Of a stretch of DNA of 64,000 nucleotides, positions 60,482 through 64,000 are shown piece after piece. The stretch comes from an uncultured Thermoleophilia bacterium (GTDB lineage Bacteria > Actinomycetota > Thermoleophilia > Gaiellales > Gaiellaceae), in the NCBI GenBank assembly GCA_963776305.1, contig CAVZMA010000006.1, positions 60,430 through 124,429 on the forward strand. The letters are read 5' to 3'. Every line of letters begins with the position of its first letter. The stretch's first letter is position 1. A program made the position numbers and the translations under genes. The notes under the pieces are model-generated. The model was not told the DNA's origin. It saw only the letters and a program-made list of their open reading frames with translations, and did not search any database.

Positions 60482-61910
60482 TCAGGCCCCCGCGTGCGCC
60501 AGCAGGCTCGGCTCCGTCGGACGCCATCCGCACCGCGTTGCGCGGCAGCTGGTAGCGGGCGTACGGGAGCACCGCCACCTTCGCGTCGGCGCCGTGCCGC
60601 TCCATCGCCGCCGCGAACGCCTCGTCGAGCGAGGTCGTCGCGTCGAGCCCGATGTCGGCTGCCATGCTCGAGGTTCTCCTCGAGGGTCACGACCGTCAGG
60701 TGCTTGCGCGTCATCACCTCGTAGATCGGCACCCAGATGCAGCCGGCCCACATCTGGATCTCGCGCTTGTGGATGTCGTGCAGCACGCGCTGGTAGTTCT
60801 CCGCGGTCGGCGGCATGTACGGCTTCATCAGATCCATCAGCGCGAAGCCCGGGAAGTCGCCGATCGCGGTCGAGACGCCGGGCGACGGGCTCGTGTAGAT
60901 GATCGTGCCGCCGTCCTTGAGCACGAGGTCGGCCGACATGCAGCCCCAGCCCGTGTGGAAGAAGAGGTGGTCGGTCGGGCGCGAAGACGCCGCAGATCAC
61001 GATGTCCGCCTGGCCCTTCTCCTCGACCCAGCTGTCGTAGGCGTAGATCGCGTTGAAGCGGCGGATCGCCTCGCGGTGCGCCTCGGGGTGCGAGCCGAAG
61101 ATGCAGTCGATCACGCGGCCGTGCGTGTCGAGGATCACGTTCATCGTGCAGTCGAGGCCGCACATCGTCGCGACCTCGTCGATGTCCGAGCGCATCGGGC
61201 CGGCGTAGGCGCCGTAGTGCGTCTGCGGCGAGGTGACGAACGCGCAGTGGTTCGACTCGATCGTCGCGTCGGAGACGACGCCCGGCAGGATCAGCTTGCC
61301 GCCGCCGCCCGCGCCCCAGTGGTTCGCCTGCGCCTGGCCGATCGTGATCTTGAGCTCGCTCGAGGCGACCTCGTCGTGCAGCCAGACCGGCGTGCCGCCC
61401 GACGAGACGCCGACGAACGTGTAGGCGTCCGGGTTCTGGGGGTCGTTCTGGTGGAAGGCCCAGCCGTTCGCCTCCATCCGGGCGAGGTTCGTCGCGGCCG
61501 AGCTTCTGCTCCATGTCCGACTCGGACATCGGGAAGACCTTGCCGTTCGCGCAGACGACGCGGACGTCGGTGACGCCGGCCGCCTCGATCGCGTCGAACA
61601 CGGCAGGCAGGAGCTTCGAGGAGGGGGTGGGGCGGAACTGGTTGTCGATGATCACGGCGATGCTCGACTTCCCGGCGAGGAGCTCCGCGAACGCCGGCCC
61701 GTCGACGGGCTCGGCGAGCGCCCGCCGGGCAGCCTCGGTCGCGTCGCCGACCGGCGCCGGCTCGTCCGGGTAGATCGCAGCGACGAGGTTGGCGGTCGGG
61801 ATCTCGAGCGTGAGCGTGTCGCGGTGCTTCTTCGACTCGTCGTCGGTGGCGCCGATCGCGAGCGGGTCCATCGACTCGTACGGGATCACGGCGCGGTAGG
61901 TGTCGCTCAT
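60482..61910 (-). CDS. Lactate racemase (LarA) family / nickel-pincer-dependent isomerase homologue; frameshifted
   Basis: ALAEPVDG, AVIIDNQFRPTP, G.S..GTPVW, HWGAGGGGKLILPGV..ATIESNH, PMRSDIDE, MNVILD, LKDGGTII and VLPYA; GGAGG RBS. Confidence 0.75.
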
Positions 61911-62083
61911 CTGCCCTCCAGGATGGTGTCGTCGCTGCCGCTCCGAGGCTAGGCGCTCGGAGTGGCCGACGGTCAAGGGGATGATCCGGAATCGCGCGTC
62001 TCAGGCGGCTCCGGCCTCGAAACAATCGATAATCGCTCGTTCCGGTTGAATCCATCCAGGCAGGTTGGTAGGTTCGCTTCCGC

Positions 62084-63188
62084 ATGAGCGAACGCCTCTG
62101 CCCAGGTCGACGTCCGCCGGCTGCTCCCGCGGCTCGTCGTCGGCCTCCTCGTCTTCGTCGCTCTGCTCTACATCGTCGTGCTCGCCGAACCCGCTCCCGA
62201 CATCGGCGGCAACTGGCGCACGACGACCTTCGGCTCGGCGATCGACGACTGGCAGAGCTTCGTCCGCACGCTGCTCAACGGGCTCACCTTCGCCGGGCTG
62301 CTGTTCATCGTCGCGAGCGGCTTCTCGCTGATCTTCGGCCTCATGCGCGTCGTCAACATGGCGTACGGCTCGTTCTATCTCGTCGGTGGCTACATCGCCT
62401 ACGAGGTGCAGCAGAGGATGACCGGCTCCGGTTTCACGATCCCGGGCATCGGACGTGTCGACCTGGGAGTGGGTGTTTCCCGCCCTCGTCGCGGCGGCTG
62501 TCGTCGGTCTCGTCGGCCTCGTCGTGCAGCAGGTCTTCCTGCAGCTGGAACCAGGGTCAGGAGCTGCGCCAGGCGCTGATCACGATCGCGATCTCGGTGA
62601 TCATCGCCGACCAGGTCATCGCCCACTTCAACGAGCGGCCTCGCCTCGACGCGTGACGTGGCCCGGCTGGACGAACCGCCTCGTCGAGCTGCCGCTGCTC
62701 GGCGTCGACTACTCGCTCGCGCGCCTCGTCATGCTCTTCCTCGGGCGTCGCGGTCGGGCTCGCGCTCTGGGTGTGGCTCTACCGCACCCGCACGGGGATG
62801 GTGATCCGGGCCGGCGTCGACGACCTCCAGATGACCTCGGCGCTCGGCGTCAACATCAAGCGCACGTTCGCGATCGCGTTCGTCGTCGGCTCGGCGCTCG
62901 CGGCCTTCGGCGGCGTCGTCGGGGCGTCCCAGGGCGCCGATCGCCCCGGGCCAGGACGGGCAGTGGCTGCTCAACTCGCTCGTCGTCGTGATCATCGGCG
63001 GCATGGGCTCGCTGCTCGGTGCCGCGGTCGGCTCGCTGCTCTACGGCCTCATGTTCTCGTTCTCGGCCGTCTACCTGCCGACGATCGGTGACAACTGCTG
63101 TACGCAGTACTCGATCGTGTTCACGTTCATCCTGCTCGCTCTCGTCCTCGCCTTCCGGCCGCAGGGCCTCTTCGGGAAGTTCGCATGA
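62084..63188 (+). CDS. Branched-chain amino acid-type ABC transporter permease (LivH-like); frameshifted
   Basis: LLNGL..LFIVASGFSLIFGLMRVVNMAYGSF, RTRTGMVIRAG, VIIGGMGS and RPQGLFG. Confidence 0.82.
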
Positions 63189-64000
63189 CGCAGCGACCCG
63201 AAGCAGATCACCGAGCGCGCGATCGGTGTCGTCGGCCGTCTGCGTCCTGCTCGTCGCCCCTGTGATCTTCAACGACTACTGGGTCGACGTCATCCTCACC
63301 CAGACGCTCATCGTCGGCATCGCCGCCGCCAGCCTGATCTTCCTCGCGGCCTACGGCGGCATGATCTCGCTCGCCCAGACGGCGCTGGCGGGCACGGCCG
63401 GCTTCATCCTCGGGAACCTGGTCACCGTCGGTGGCGAGGGCGGCGAGACGAAAGGGCTCGCGCTCGGGTGGGACCCGACGCTGTCGCTCGTGATCGCGAT
63501 CGTGGGCACGGCGCTGATCGGCCTCTTCTTCGGTGCCATCGCCGCGCGGAGCACCGGCATCTACTTCCTGATGATCACGCTCACCTTCTCGGTGATCGGC
63601 TTCTACTTCGTCGGCCAGGTGACCGTCGTCTCGGGCTTCTCCGGGATCGGGGGGATCAACCGCTACACGCCGCGGCTTCGTCGGCGACATGGTCAACGAC
63701 CGCTACCGCCTCTACTACATCGCGCTTCGGGGTGGCGCTCGTCGTGTACGCCTTGATCCGGTTCGTCGTCCGGACGCCGTTCGGGCTCAGCCTGCAGGGC
63801 GTCCGCGACGAGCCGGTGCGGATGAGCTCGCTCGGCTACGCCGTCCCGCTGCACCGGACGCTCGCCTTCGGCCTCGCCGCGTTCTTCGCGGCGCTCGCCG
63901 GCGTCCTGCTCGTCTGGTGGCAGGGCCAGATCGCCCCGGGCGACGTCGGCCTGCCGGCGACGATCGACCTGCTCATCGTGGCGGTGATCGGCGGCCTCGC
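63185..64000 (+). CDS. Branched-chain amino acid-type ABC transporter permease (LivM-like); partial and frameshifted
   Basis: YGGMISLAQ, RSTGIYFLMITL, RTPFG..L.GVRD..R..SLG and VAVIGG. Confidence 0.8.

Noticed and set aside
2204-64000. Calling the frameshifted genes (cysN, glcF, gabD, hmf genes, liv genes and others) pseudogenes or programmed frameshifts
   Set aside because: Indels are scattered across unrelated genes, motifs are intact, and no slippery sites are evident; sequencing error is the simpler explanation.
1-64000. rRNA, tRNA, transposase, integrase, prophage or defence genes
   Set aside because: No recognisable motifs were found, and nearly all sequence is accounted for by metabolic genes.

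Overview
High-GC bacterial chromosomal window, probably Actinomycetota. This is inferred from the clpS-DUF2017 pair, an Rv2578c-type radical SAM gene with a Gram-positive GAAC-N4-GTTC LexA box, and pervasive leaderless TANNNT promoters. It is densely packed with about 70 genes, mostly catabolic. These include a NarL regulator with a sensor-less kinase, cysHDN, glcDEF, a non-phosphorylative sugar-acid operon divergent from a B12 diol/glycerol dehydratase with fused large and medium subunits, and a four-subunit (split-Mo) xanthine-oxidase-family operon flanked by two tautomerases. Also present are an E1alpha/E1beta pair without E2/E3, a CoxD/CoxE/XdhC maturation cassette, an acyl-CoA synthetase fused to a long charged repeat helix upstream of clpS, and an hmfABCDE-like furoate operon headed by a divergent LarA (nickel-pincer) homologue and a CxxC protein. 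No rRNA, tRNA, CRISPR array, transposase or prophage was seen. Non-coding highlights are GTAG-type REP palindromes that supply stop codons, and a dispersed element made of a conserved loop and a 43-nt core whose hairpin arms mirror the 3' end of the adjacent gene. Many genes carry 1-nt frameshifts, which become dense after about 54 kb. These are most simply explained as long-read indel errors. All functional calls come from motif recognition by eye; no searches were run.
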